Shown here: in pieces, positions 35,553-49,262 of the stretch
How positions within the stretch are numbered: position 1 is the stretch's first letter
Layout: each line of letters opens with the position of its first letter
Assembly (NCBI RefSeq): GCF_009914755.1
Contig: NC_060936.1
Direction: 5' to 3' (one strand)
DNA: 64,000 bases
Source of the DNA: the human T2T-CHM13v2.0 reference genome, Homo sapiens
The notes under the pieces: generated by a model
Database searches by the model: none
Seen by the model: the letters and a program-made list of their open reading frames with translations, nothing else
Told to the model about the DNA's origin: nothing
Made by a program: the position numbers and the translations under genes

Positions 35553-35697
35553 TGACATAAGTCTTCCTCTGTCACCTAGGCTGAAGTGCAGTGGCTGAAG
35601 CAGAGATCACTGCAGCCTTAAACTCCTGGGCTTAAGCGATTCTTCTGCCTCAGCCTTCCAAGTAGCTGGGATTACAGGCATGAGCCACTGGCCTGGC
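35540..35697 (-). mobile_element. AluJ/FRAM-like monomer
   Basis: TGTCACCTAGGCTGAAGTGCAGTGG..CTGGGATTACAGGCATGAGCCAC. Confidence 0.8.
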
Positions 35698-35884
35698 TCC
35701 AGCTGCTTTATCATGAAGGAAATCTACATAAAAATATTAAACTGGTTGATAATTTTAAAATCTTAGAAAATTTTATAATGAAGTTATGATTATTAAAATT
35801 TTCAAATACACATATTTGAAATGCAGTGACTGAAGATATCACACTTTTCCTTTTAATTGGCTTAATTTGTTCATCTTATTACAG

Positions 35885-36074
35885 AAAGAAGGTCTTCTTA
35901 CATGGGCAGATGGATCATCTTTTGGCCTTAAGAAAAATGAAATATTTTCTTTTTCATTGCTATCCAAGAATGAAACACATTGCTACATTTTACAGCAAAA
36001 TGCAACTGGATCAAACTATTTCTTTACAAGATTTTTCTGTTACGTTCCATTGCCATATGTTTGCGAATATGAAT
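35885..36074 (+). CDS. Exon F: C-type lectin-like domain, C-half
   Basis: KEGLLTWADGSSFGL...THCYILQQ...FFCYVPLPYVCEYE; WxDGS motif and the three C-terminal CTLD cysteines; phase 0-1. Confidence 0.88.
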
Positions 36075-36197
36075 GTAATTATTTTTATTATTCTTTCTTA
36101 TATTCATGCAGCTTTTTATTATTTAATTTTAATTTATTTATTTCATTATGGAATTATAATTTGTAATTAAAAATAATTATCTTTTCTATTTTTTCAG

Positions 36198-36502
36198 TAC
36201 CTTCTCTGCAGGAAAGCTTTTTGCTTTACATAAAGGATGTTGGAACAACTGAAGTTGTATTATTTGGAATAATTTGAATTTTTGGAATAATTTGAATAAG
36301 TGGGTGAAATTGGGATATAATATTATCATTAAATATTCTTTAGATTATACAGAAGAACAATATTTTGAAAGCATGCCCCCAAATACTACAGAAAAAGCAA
36401 TTACCCAACTGTTTCCTGGTCATATTTATATATTTTTACTCTTCGCAATAAATGAATGGGAGGCAAAAACTACTTTAAGTCCAATATTCACTGTAGAAAC
36501 AC
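36198..36502 (+). pseudogene. Exon G: FN3 module 3 with net +17-bp frameshifting duplication (premature TGA 36275-36277)
   Basis: 305 bp. TTTGGAATAATTTGAAT occurs at 36263-36279 and 36281-36297. Removing one copy gives 288 bp, open, phase 1-1 (..EVVLFWNNLNKW..LFPGHIYIF..VET). Confidence 0.85.
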
Positions 36503-36627
36503 GTAAGTTACAAGACACCTGAAAATATAATTTAAAAAATTTTTAATACTGTCATTGGCAGATATTTTATGAGGGTCTGGTATTTTCTCATATAACTCTG
36601 GAGATACCTCTGTATTTAATCATTTTA

Positions 36628-36947
<320 letters not shown>

Positions 36948-38355
36948 TCAATCTGTTTATGCGTTGGTTTTTCTGTTAAACTACAAACCTCATGAAGACA
37001 TGAACTATGTCTTATTTGTCTTACAGTACCAGCTAGAGTAGTGCCTACCTCATAGGGGATGATCAATAAATTTTTGTGGAGCTGTATTTCCGATATGTGC
37101 TGAGAGCAGGAAAGGGACAGCTATGCATCCCTGCCTTTAATAGGCTCACACTGGAGACAATTAGTAAAGAATAAAAATAAAAGCAAACAAAACTATACAG
37201 CAAAAGAATAACCTAAATATCCAACCAGTGGTGCATTTAATAAATGCTGACTTGAATTCATACAGTAGATGACAGGAGAAGACTCATGGAAAGGAGAGGC
37301 TTAGACTGAAATCTGAATGAAGAAAAAGCATGTTGGGAGCAGCAGTGCAGACATAAGAATTTGTGTAAGAAGACTTGTGCAGATTGACTAGAGAAGATAA
37401 TTTCCTTGGGCATGAGGGTAAAATCAGTGTGGGAGGTAGATGGTGCCAGACTTGGGAGTGGCAGGGGTATCTGTCTCAGATGCTTGGACTTGACCTTAGA
37501 AGCAATGGAAATCCATTAAGACTATAGTTTCTAGCACTTGTTTTACATTTTACAAAGCACTTTCAATGCATTATCTCATTCGGTCCTTGCCTCAACCCTG
37601 GGAGTAGCTATATAGAAATGAGAAAACTGAACTTCTGGAATGTTAAGTAAACTGACTAGAGTAACATGCTTTGTTAAGCAACCAAGCCACACAAGAACCC
37701 AGATGGTCTTATTGTAACTCCTGAGCTGTTGCTCCTAGAGAAAGAATCAAGAATGTGTTAGCACATGTATATTGAGGAGTGGGGGATGGATATAGTTTCG
37801 ACGCCATGTGCAAGGTACTATAATAAGAAAATTAATCTGGAAGCATTAATTAGGACAATCACTGGCACTGGATGAAATGGTTAGAGTAGGGAAACAGTTC
37901 TGTAAAAGGATGAGTGCCTGTGTTGCAGTGATAATAAGAATGAAGAGTGAATAACAAAGTCTCTGCCCTCTAGTCTGACAAGGCAGAAGAGGTAAGAGAC
38001 ATATATAATGTATGACCATTAAATGCCATGCACACTGTTTTGGTAGTGAGAATAGTAAAATAATTATTGAACAATAGCGTGTGGCAAACACTGTGCCAAG
38101 TGTTTTACGTTCTTCATCTCATTTAATCTTCACAAAAGCTTTATGAGGTACCTACTAATGTAATTCCCATTTTACAGTCAGAGGGGGTAGGTAATTTTCT
38201 CAGGGAGTGAAACTATAAAGTGGAAGAGCCAGGACTCACCCCCAGTTTTTGTTTCTTTTCCAAGCTAGAGTATTTGGAAATATTGAGAAGTGAGAGAGTA
38301 TTCTGCCAAATCATGTTACTAAGCAACATATTTTTTGGTTGTCTTTATCTCCCAG

Positions 38356-38631
38356 GCCCTTTGTCAGCCCAAAATTTCAGAGTTACACATGTTACCATAA
38401 CAGAAGTATTTTTACACTGGGATCCTCCAGATCCTGTATTTTTTCATCATTACCTTATCACTATTTTGGATGTTGAAAACAATACATCAGAAGAGGTGTT
38501 TGTTGAAAAACGCAACACAGCAACCATAGTTGGAGACCTCAAGTCTTTTCATCATTATCTGGTATATCTATTCAGTGTAGCAGAAAGAGGAACTTTAAGT
38601 TGCTTGGAGAAACCACTTTCAGTCATTACAG
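38356..38631 (+). CDS. Exon H: FN3 module 4
   Basis: 276 bp, phase 1-1; PLSAQNFRVTHVTITEVFLHWDPP...GDLKSFHHYLVYLFSVAERG...VIT; donor GTAAGC. Confidence 0.9.
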
Positions 38632-39142
38632 GTAAGCATGGCTGCGTATTGCCTTCTACTAAAAAATTCTAAACTGATAGTTTCTGTTTCTGTGCAATTT
38701 CACCGTTATGCAATATATCAATGTAACCTGTACACTTATCCCAAAATCTAAAATAATAAAAAGAAATAGTTAACTGCATATTTCAAAATATTATTTTGCT
38801 GATATTTAATTATGTTGATTCTTCATAAGTACAAATAAGTTGAACATGTTTTTGAATGTTGAATCACAATTCTAAGCATGTATTCAAAAATACTAAATTT
38901 ATTTAGATTTACATGAACTCTTTAAACATTATTCCAATCTGCATTTTTTTCTACCAAAGTCCCTAGAAGACATCTTTTTTTGTCATAGCCTTGGGTGGAA
39001 AATAAATTTATCTTTATTTATCATAAGATAAACAAATTATCACATGAATATTAGTTCACCCAGTTTTTTTTAGTAACACTAGACCCAACGAACAGGTCTG
39101 CATATTTTAATCAGTTTTACTTGGTTCTTTATTTTCTCACAC

Positions 39143-39173
39143 TGTGTAATGTATTGACCTCTAGGGGGCAGTC
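39143..39173 (+). promoter_or_regulatory. CTCF-binding motif with possible upstream extension
   Basis: TGACCTCTAGGGGGCAGT (39155-39172) matches the CTCF core; TGTAAT lies a few bp upstream, where the zinc-finger 9-11 motif sits. Confidence 0.6.
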
Positions 39174-41479
39174 TCATACTAGCATTTTTGGCAAATGCAT
39201 TTCTACCCTCCTCTTAACCTCCACATAGCAGTTTTTGAATCCTTGTCCAGAACATAATCATTAAAGTAATCGATTGTTTTAATTAATAATTCTATTTATT
39301 CCATAAAATATAAGGACGTATTTTTAAAAAGATAAAACATTATCTTACAAAACAGTGCATAATTAAGCACATTTTGGTAATATATTCTTATAAGTGTAGT
39401 GTGTGTTGTGTATTTGACATGCAGTGTGCAAAGTTCTTTGGAATTTCAACAGCTAAAATTTAAACACCCTAGAGCTGAAGTAGGTGGAATGGAAAACCTG
39501 CATGTGCACAGATATAGATTAATTAACCTTCCTATACTTATTGGGAATATTTAAGATTCTTTGAAAATAATAACAATAATAGATACAATTTAATGCTTAC
39601 TAAAAGCCAATGCTTAACATACAAGTATTCAGTATTGCAAATCCTAATAAAAATATTTTTCCAATTGGATAGTAGCAGGTGTTTTCTCTTCTCCAAACTC
39701 AGACTAAGTATCCTTCCATTGGCAAATGCTTGGTTTGTTGGGTCCTTTACACTTTAGGAAGGTGCTTTCATTTTTAATTGACAGATGGACTAGGAGGATT
39801 TTTCACAGATTTATTAATTTTGAAGTCGACTTAAAATCTTCTAGGAAATATACCTATTTATTTCATAAAAGGTACAATGTGAATCAGCACTTTTAATTTT
39901 TTGGGGAGTCATTTGCTGTGTATTTTTACTGTAAGCTGATATACAAGTGCATGTCCAGGATTTAGTAATCCAGTGTTCCTTTACTCTCTAAAGCTTGAGG
40001 AATTATTCTTTTTTTCATTCATTATTCACTCAATGAATTATTTTTCAGTATCAGGAACTGAGCTAGGCACTAGAGATACAAAGATGAAGAAGACCTAGTC
40101 TCAGTAAGAATGAGACAAATAAGTTAACAGTGATAGTGCCGCATTATAATTGCCATTAGAGTAGTTATGCTGTGGATACTATGGGAACATAGAGAAGGAT
40201 CAGTTAGCCCAAACTCAGGGTGCCGATGGTTATGGGTAAGTGATGGGCTTAATCATGAAGGAGTAGAAATTAGTCAGCAGGTGACAGTAGGGAGGCAGAA
40301 AGATGCTGCAGGTAGAGCAAGCAGCATGTGCCTAGGCAAAGGACAGAGAAAAGACATTCAACAAAGCTGACCTAGGAAAGCTAGAGAAGCCTTTTTGAAG
40401 ACACTAACATTTGAACATTAGGAATGGCTAGAGAACAGAGGGGCACGTAGGGAGAGTCTAGAAAATGTAAGCTAGGCACAGAATGTGAACACCCTTGATA
40501 CATACTCTGGAGTATATTTTATTTAGTAACACTGAACCTTTTTGGGGTCATGGAGCCTCTTGAGAATTTAAAAAAAATTAACTTTTATGAAAATGCAAAT
40601 ACATGCACAGACAATTTTGTAAGCAAATTCAGCGCTATCACAGACCCACCAAATCCCAGCGTTTCCTCAATCTCTGCTTATATGTGGCATTCGGTAGATT
40701 ACATCTAAGTCCTCCATTGCAGTAAATGTTTAAATAGATTTTTAGGTTTTGCAAGAATATAAGAATAATTTTCTGAAGTTGTTTCACCCTGGAATCTTAT
40801 TGGATAGTGTTTCTAATTGGATTACTCTGGCATTTTCTGATAATTTTACATAAATAATTAATTTAAACATCAGCTACAGTTTTGTGAAATTAAGATATGG
40901 GATGCAGACTAAGGGTTCCACCCAGAATATTTTCCTGAGAAGTTAAAATGTGATATTAAATTGTACTGATAAAGAAGTCAACTTTAAAACGGATAAAAGT
41001 TCAAATAATAGTTTCGGCAAACTATAAAAATCATAGAGAATTCTTTAAAGATTTTTAAAGTAAAACTACTAAAAAGTTTAAAATTGCATAATTATCCTTA
41101 GAGATATGAACTAATGATTATTGTAGCTGAGAACTATTAAAAGATCAGGAAAAACATACTATAGGATAAACAATACTATAAGGAAAACATTTACAATTTC
41201 CAGAAAACTGTATGATAGGAAAAAAATCAGAAGGCTTGGTATTCAAGGAAACGGTGCAAGGAAATAGGCTGAAGTATCATCTTCAGTTATTATTATAAAG
41301 TATCAAGAAGATTCTCCAATGATATTATGCATGAACAGTAAGCATAACCTGCTAATTTCCTCTATATTTCTAATAAATATCACACCTTTCAAAAATCAGA
41401 AAAGTAGTATAAAGTTACAACTGTTTTATAATAAATACCAGCTCTGAAACTTTAAAGACATCTATATGTCAATGACTCA

Positions 41480-42520
41480 TAAAGTTATATCTCTATATAA
41501 CTTTATATAAAGCCTAGACTTTTGTCCCAAACTCCACATTCAAACATCTAACTGCGTATGCATTATTGCTCACTTGGTTATCTATGAGATGTTTTAAATT
41601 TAACATGCCCAAAACTGAACTCCAGGTGTTTCTACCCAAATCTGCTTTATCCACAGCCCTTCTCAGTTCATGGTAATTTTATTCATCCAGTTGTTTAGTC
41701 AAAAGCCTTGAAGTTGTTCTTGACTCTTCTGTTTCTCTCACAACCCATTCCCAACCTGTCAAGAAATCTTGTTTGTTCTGTCTTCAAAATAAATCCAGAG
41801 TCACACTATATCTCCCCACCTCCCTGAGTGCTGTTTTCATCCAGGCAACCATTCCACCTCACCTGGATTATTGGGCTGGCTCCCTATTTCTACCACTGGC
41901 CCTCCATGTGGTCTGTTATTAATGTCACGGCCCAAGTGAGTCTTTAAAAATAGGAATGATCATGCATCTGCATATAACTCAGTAGTTGCTACCCATTTGA
42001 CTTGGAGCAAACGCCTTTGAGAACTTGCATGAACTGGCTTTCTATTTGCCTCTGACCTCATCTTATTCTCTCCTTCATTCATTCTAGCTTTCCTTCCACC
42101 CTTGAACACACCAGATAAGCTCCCACTTTAGGGATTTTACTTAGCTGTTTCTTCAGCTTTAATACTCTTCTTCCAGAAATCCATATGTCTAACTCTCCAA
42201 TCTCCTTCAACTTTTTGCTGAAAACCCTATCTTTTGAAAAACATCTGCCCTGAAATCCCTACTTCATACCACAACTTCCTCCTTAAAGCCACCACACTCT
42301 TCATCTCCCTCACCCTGGTTACTTTTTACTTTTTCTGCAGCACTTATCACCTCTGAAGTTCTATATAACATACGTACTTATTTTATGTATTGCTATTATC
42401 TATTCCACCTATTAGAATATGAACTCCATAAGGACAAGGATCTTTAGTTTTTACTGATGTACTCTACCTGCCTAGAAGAGTGCCTGGCACTTGGTAGGTG
42501 CCCATATATATTTGATTAAA
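41480..42520 (+). mobile_element. L2 3' fragment
   Basis: TTTAACATGCCCAAAACTGAACTCC, CAAAATAAATCCAGAGTC, CCTAGAAGAGTGCCTGGCAC... L2 3'-end motifs. Confidence 0.75.
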
Positions 42521-42830
42521 ACATGAATAATCTCAATAATGGGAACATTACTCTGATGGCACTCTTGAAAGTATGAAGAATTTGCCAAACACTTGAGGAT
42601 TATATTTGTTTCCCCTTGACTTGTAATTTTTACATTTAACCATTTTAATAAATTTTGCATAGTAATAAGAATACACTTTTCTCAAAACTTGAGTGCTTTT
42701 CAAGACATGTTGACATAGCAAACTGTAAAATTTACTTTGAACATTAATATTGAATTATTTTCACTCAATAGCATGAATAATGCTAACTAATAAGCTAAGA
42801 TGTGTGTATGTATTTATTTGTTTACTTAAG

Positions 42831-43004
42831 GTATTAATCCACCTCAGAAAGTTTATGTAAAACCTGAAGATGTGGGAGAAGACCATATAATTCTTCAGTG
42901 GGAACCTTCACAAGATGGCCATGAGATCTACATTCAGATTAAATCCATATCAGATCCAAGTGAAGTCATGAATAGATTCAAGATTGATAATTTAATCCCT
43001 GGAA
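42831..43004 (+). pseudogene. Exon I: 3'-truncated FN3 module 5
   Basis: Acceptor ttacttaag|. INPPQKVYVKPEDVGEDHIILQWEPSQDGHEIYIQIKSI...FKIDNLIPG, then FN3 similarity stops (no Y or F-G strands). Read-through stop at 43034-43036; only a weak cryptic donor GTAGGA at 43005. Confidence 0.75.
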
Positions 43005-46000
43005 GTAGGAAGTCCAAGATGGGCTGCTTGCGATGAATGAAGAAAGGGAGAAACTTAGGCTTTTAACTTGAGTAATTTGGGTGCTTGGTGATGACACTGA
43101 AGAAGAGAAAATTATTGGACCTTACAGTGATTCTAGCTGAAAAAAAAAATTGGTCCAAAAAATTATGCAATGATAATGTCCACACTCAACCAGTGCTAGA
43201 TCTTCCTATTTTATCATCCAAAGACTAAAACTAAATTTATGTCTGGAACTTCCATGCTTAAATTTCTAAGAAAACTACCTAAAGATAATTATAATAAGAA
43301 GTAGTTATAAAAGAGAAAACTAAGAAAGAGATATTACCAAGAAGAATTATTTAATGCCTATAAAACAACCCACTAAATAATTATTGGCATAGCAGTAGGA
43401 GTAAACTGTGAAGTTGGAAAATGATTTTTCTCCTTAGTTCATGTTTTAGCAGTCTGAGGTTAGAGAATGTCCCCATGTTATCCCAGGGTCTGTTTTCTTT
43501 CTCAAAAACTTGAGACATTTAATATATTATTTCTAAATTTCCTTCCAGGTCAAAATCAAAAGCCTCATAATTCTTTGCCTCTAGGGTACTTAGCATATTT
43601 CATCCATCTGCCATCTAAAATGTAAACTTGTTTTGCCTCTGTTTCTAGAGCTCTTGTGAAATCTTGTTCAGCTGCGTATCTCCAGCCTAAATAGAGTTCC
43701 TAGCTCTATGTAATTCAATTGTTTGTCAAACTGGTATTCAACATGGATGCAGAAACACATATTAACATGCAAATCCTAAGAAGAATAGCATTCTGGGGTT
43801 TGAAGTTAGGACAGAGATCTTGCCAATGCTCTCATGTGATATATAATTCCCAGGACAGTGTCTCTGGTCATTCAGGGCTTCTGTAATTCATTTCCAAAAT
43901 TTTCCCCATCATGGACCTAGTCTACTCTCTAGAACATCACAAAGCAAACCCAATCTATGGTTCACACGACAGGCTGCAAATGTTTAGAGACATTCATAAG
44001 GTGTCCCTGGTTCCTATATTTTCTTTCCCTGTGGGTAATTATCTTTAATTCCTTCAAGCACTCCACTATTTCTCGTGGGTGTTCTATCCAGTTCGTAGGC
44101 TTGCTATCAGATTTAGCATCACCAGATTATTTATCAGGCATCATTTGTATTGCCTCAAAAATCCTAAAGCAAATAGTAACCTGTCCCAAGGTGCATAGGA
44201 ACAAGTTTTTTTGCATGCATTCATTCAACAGATATTTATTGATACATATAATTTACCACATTGTATTTCTCTCTCTGCCATATACTTTGAAATAGTCAAG
44301 CAAGAGAGGCATTTGCCTTTTATGGGCATGTAGAAGAAAATATAATTTACACATACTTTTTTTTCCCTTTCCCCTTTGAAACTTATCTGTCTGTGCCTCT
44401 CTCTAATTTGTCCTGAACATAACCAGCAGAACTTGATCTCTAGCTATGATTGTGCACCTGAACCATAAAATGTGCCCTTAGGAAGAAGGCAGTGCTTATG
44501 AGCACAGACCATGGAAACAAATTGCCTGGGTTTGTATTCCAGCTCCATGATTTAGCAGCTTCTTACATCCTTTGCAAAGTCACTCAGGCCCTTTGGGTCC
44601 TCAGCTTCTTTCTCTCTAAAATGGGAATAATAATCATAATCTTATCTGTTTTATGAAAGTAATGTAATTTAAGGACTTGGTGCCTGGCACCAAATAAGTG
44701 CTATGACAGTGTGTGTTGTGATTTTTATTTCTCAATAGGAGTGGAGTGGTGGCCTTGGGGAGCTATGGCCATGCATAGTGGGAAGTAAAGCCATTTCAGC
44801 AGTCTGTGTGATCTCTCTTTGTTGGAGGAATTAACTATACCCAGGTTTTCTTGAGGGAAAAAGAGCTATTGGAGAGTTGGTGTTTGAATTTCCTTTTTTC
44901 CCCTCTTGACACAGGAGAATACATTTTATGATAGGAGCATCCCTCAGACTTTGTTCTACCTTGCCTATAATAAAAGGCTTTGAAATTGGCCTAGTTCAGT
45001 TCACCTCATACTGAAAAAAAAATCTTGTATAGCCCCTGATCTTACCACTTCTTTTGATAAAGCTTTTACAGGAGAGCGGATAAGGATAGAAATCACAGTC
45101 CGAGGTAGAAACTTGACGAAAGTCGCCAGTATGTGGCAATATGTTTCTTTTATTCTTTTTTTTTGTGAAATCTTTTCTCATATGATTTTTCCAGATCAGG
45201 ATATAATTTTTAAGACAAGACAGAACTCTGTCCTATTCTACACCTTTCCAGCCTTGGTGATTATAGTGTCATGCATGACACAGCTTGGCTTATTTTCTAG
45301 GACAGGTGGAAATGATCGAAAATCCCATGCTTACTCCCTAGAGGGGATGACATTGATTTTTACATACTTTTAGAACCTACATTAGACCATGCCTATTTAA
45401 AGTCACCTCTCTTTTTAGAAAATGTCTTCAGTGCCCAAGAACATGGAAGTGAATTGGTTCTATGATTATACTGGTCACTCATTTACCATCCCAAGATCTT
45501 TTAATTCCTGCTTGAGCCATACTTGGAAGCTTTCATAGATCATTGTCCACAGATTCAGATGTATTAGATATGTGTGGGATGTTACTCTTGTCTTGGGAAA
45601 CTCATAGTTACTGTAGGACTTTTATAACTGAAGGGGGCTATGCAGAATTTAAAGAGAAAACCCACAGAAAATATTAGTGATGACGGAAAAATAAAAGTTA
45701 ACATAATATAACTGGAGAAGGAAAACTATGATAAAACTGCCTCGAAACCCAGTAGTACACCATATGGAACTGGTTATGGTTCATTTATTGAACATTTCCT
45801 CATCACCAGCAAGAATTGAAAAGGCAAAAAGTTTGCAAGTTCCAGCTCACAAAAATTTGTGGAGCTAATGCACTGATTTTATGTTCTGAAATTCTCATTA
45901 TAGGTGTGTGTGGACATTCTTTCCTAAAGTACTGGCTCTGGGTAAAGTAGCAGAATAACATTATCAAATATTTAACAGTAACTTGGAACAACTTCCATTG

Positions 46001-47371
46001 TATCAAACCAGATGTCACAAATAAAACTGAAAAGGAAAGGCCATCTAATTATGCTCTGGAGGGAAAAAATTCATTTTCAGATTGTATATTTTAGGAAAAG
46101 ATATCTGCTTGGGAGAAATGCAGGCTTAAGGAAATATTGGATGCTATCCCCATAACCCACAAATCGAATTGAAATTAAAATTGACCTGAGAAAGAAATAA
46201 TGTTACTAGAAATCATCTCAAATTTTAAATCTGCTTTAAATAGCACAGTAGAGAATTGAGGTACAATCAAAATCTTTAGCAGAGTTCAAGGAGAGTGTAA
46301 AATGTAAATGAATCCTTCCTCCAAACTGTTGCCAAAAATGTGTTTCTAAAAATGAAATTACATGCCTGCTCAAAATCCCTGTTGCCTCCAGGATACAGTC
46401 TGACCTCCATAGCATGGCATGCAAAGCCCCTTACAGACACATTCAGCCTCAGAGGTGGCCCTTGTATGCCCAGTCTCATTCCTCTCATGCAGCCTGTCTT
46501 TTAACCACCCAGAGTGCCTGCTGCATGCCTGACACTACTCTAAGTACTTTATATATGAATGCAATTTCTTATGTAATCAGCACAGTGACTCTGCAATGTA
46601 GATGCTAGTCTCCTTCCCATTTTAGAGAAGAAGACCAAGGCAGAGTGGCTAAGTAACTTGCCAAAGAATACCCTGCTATTAAAGGGCTAAAAGAACTTGG
46701 TATTCCTTGAACACATGACAATGTGCTTTTTGGTTTCTATGCCTTGCCCCTGATTTTCTTTTTTTCCTGGAATTCCTTCATTACTCCCTTTTCCCCTTCA
46801 CATGTACTGTTTCTGGTAAACTTGTACTCTTTCAAGACTCAGATAAAACATCTTTAACTCTGGAAAGCCTTCCCCAATTATTTCTGCTGACATTGGTGAT
46901 TTCCTCCTCTGTTCTAAGCAAGTTTTTTTCATGTCACTAGCTCAGGTCTATTTGAGATTCTAGTTAATAATCTATAAATCTCTTTCCTGAGATTGAGAAC
47001 TCTTTGAAAGCAAGAACCTGGCCTTATTTACTTTATTTGAGCACTAATCCTTGTATATAGGTTCTCAAAAACATTTACTTAATAAATAGATTAAAAGGTA
47101 AAAAATAATGAAAAAATCTCAGATTTGTGTTTCTTGCGATTGTTATTGATAATGAATAAATGAAAGTTAATTATGTACTTTCAGTATATATGTATGTATA
47201 GCCTGTCAGAATATCTACCTTTTTTCTCTGTCTATTGCTAACATAGTAGACATAAGTTTAATGCATAAACATTTATATTCTCACAAATTCTGGAACATGC
47301 TAGATAAAATGCAGAGAAATATGATTGACCTTTAAAAGGTACTAATTATAAATCTCGTTTTTATCTTTCAG

Positions 47372-47632
47372 AACCCAAACCAGTCTGGATTGTTATCCCC
47401 TATGAAAGTCATAGTACCTCTGTAATCTTATTTGTTCAAATGCCCAATGTTGAAGTGTTTGATGGACTACATATTGTAATTGAAGGAGGGGCAAATGTGA
47501 CCATGGCTTTACACCATGGTAATAAAATAACTGTTGACAATTTAGCTCCAGACACAGAATATAATTTCTTTGTTTCCATTATCAGTGGGACTAAATTAAG
47601 TGATAGGTATTATGTGCCTGCAGTAAAAACAT
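47372..47632 (+). CDS. Exon J: FN3 module 6
   Basis: 261 bp, phase 1-1; PKPVWIVIPYESHSTSVILFVQMP...VDNLAPDTEYNFFVSIISG...VKT; weak donor GTATTT. Confidence 0.82.
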
Positions 47633-49262
47633 GTATTTTAAGACTTGCAAAGCTTTTTCTTGATTTCAATTTTGTGTACCATTTCAAATAAGTGTCTACA
47701 CTTAGTTTAATGTAACCATTTTCAAGAATCTTTTAAGGTAATTTTAAATGCCTCACTATTGAGCCAGATCTTTAATTACCTGTGTATAGGTAGAGCTAAA
47801 TCTATGTGAAGCTGAAACTCTGTGAAGAATTTTTTTTATCTGTCCTTTCACAAAAAGAAATGCTTGCATTTTAACCAGAACTTTGAATGACTTAATCAAA
47901 GAGCAAGGAATGTGACTAATTTTAAGCCAATTATGAGAAAAAAATTTTATTTTTGAGCCTAGGAGACCTGATAATATCTTAGAGCACATGATCTAAGACT
48001 GTGCTTGCTATTCCCATACTGACATTTGTCTGGAAAAAAGTGCATATTTTCCTAAGCTTTTTGAATATTTAAAATTAATTTTTGTTATTATATATATGTG
48101 CTGTGTGTTTGTTTATATAAATAGTTGCATTTTTAGATTCATATTGTTTTATATTCTCTTTAAATCACTTAAAAATTCTGCATATATTAATATTGAACAT
48201 GTGGAACACATACAATTTACCTAAAATATCCATCCAGTATATGTCGAAATTAATGATGAAGAGTAATAAATGCCATACAAACCAAAATCACATGGAGTCC
48301 TAAAAACGTAATTCTGACTTATAACATGTCCAGGGCCCTCATTATTTGCTCTTCCTGTCTCTATATATATCCACCTAGGTCATTAGGCTACCATGTATCT
48401 TTTCCCTCACAAATTGTAACATTTCCATTTCCGTTGAAATTCAACTTGTCTATAAAATACTCTCAAACTGATGTCAGAAATCACATTACTTTGACAGCAT
48501 TTTAGCATATTTATAATCATTTCAATACCTATTTATATTTTATTTTTGCTTTCAATTTCTATGTACTTTTTATATCTGTATTCTCTGCCTGTCTTCATTA
48601 CTTTATAAATCATTATGGGCTACAGTCTTTATATTTGGCAGTTATTGTCTTTAAACAAAATTACTACATGATTATCTAAATACATCAATATTGTGATATC
48701 AATCAGCAAAATAAATCAATATATAAGATGATAGTTTAAAGCTGCCATTTTCCCCATTTTCTGAAATAATTTTTTCTTATGCTAGATTAAATCTTCAAAA
48801 TGGGAAAAAGAAACATTAACACTCATCAGATACAATTTATTTTTAGCTTCAGCAAATATTTGATACAAAGGGGATTCTTTCACTTACTTGTCTAAAATTC
48901 ATATTTCTTTCTCTGTTGTCTTTTCAGCTTATGCTAATAGTTTTAATCTTTTTGTTTCCTTGAATATTGTGTATTTTCTTCAGTGAATTTGTTCCTGTGT
49001 GGTTTTTTGCTGCAGCACCAAAATTAGCTGTATGTGATGGTGTTTGCAATGGCTTTCAGTATTGGAACTGATTACCGTATTTTATAAACTGTCATTGAAT
49101 GTGTAAACAACTATTTTTAATTAGGATAGAGGCATAGATTAATTAATAAACTATTGTTCTTTTTGACATTATTATGTTTTTTATTCCCTTTTAAGGGATA
49201 AGTTAAAAAAAACAATTAGGAAATTTCCAAGAGGAATTTAAGTTTGTTGTGTGTTTGGATAG

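Noticed and set aside
35133-35598. Poly-E, poly-S, poly-R and poly-L ORFs of 110-141 aa
   Set aside because: Artefacts of the stop-free triplet repeat; no splice or promoter context.
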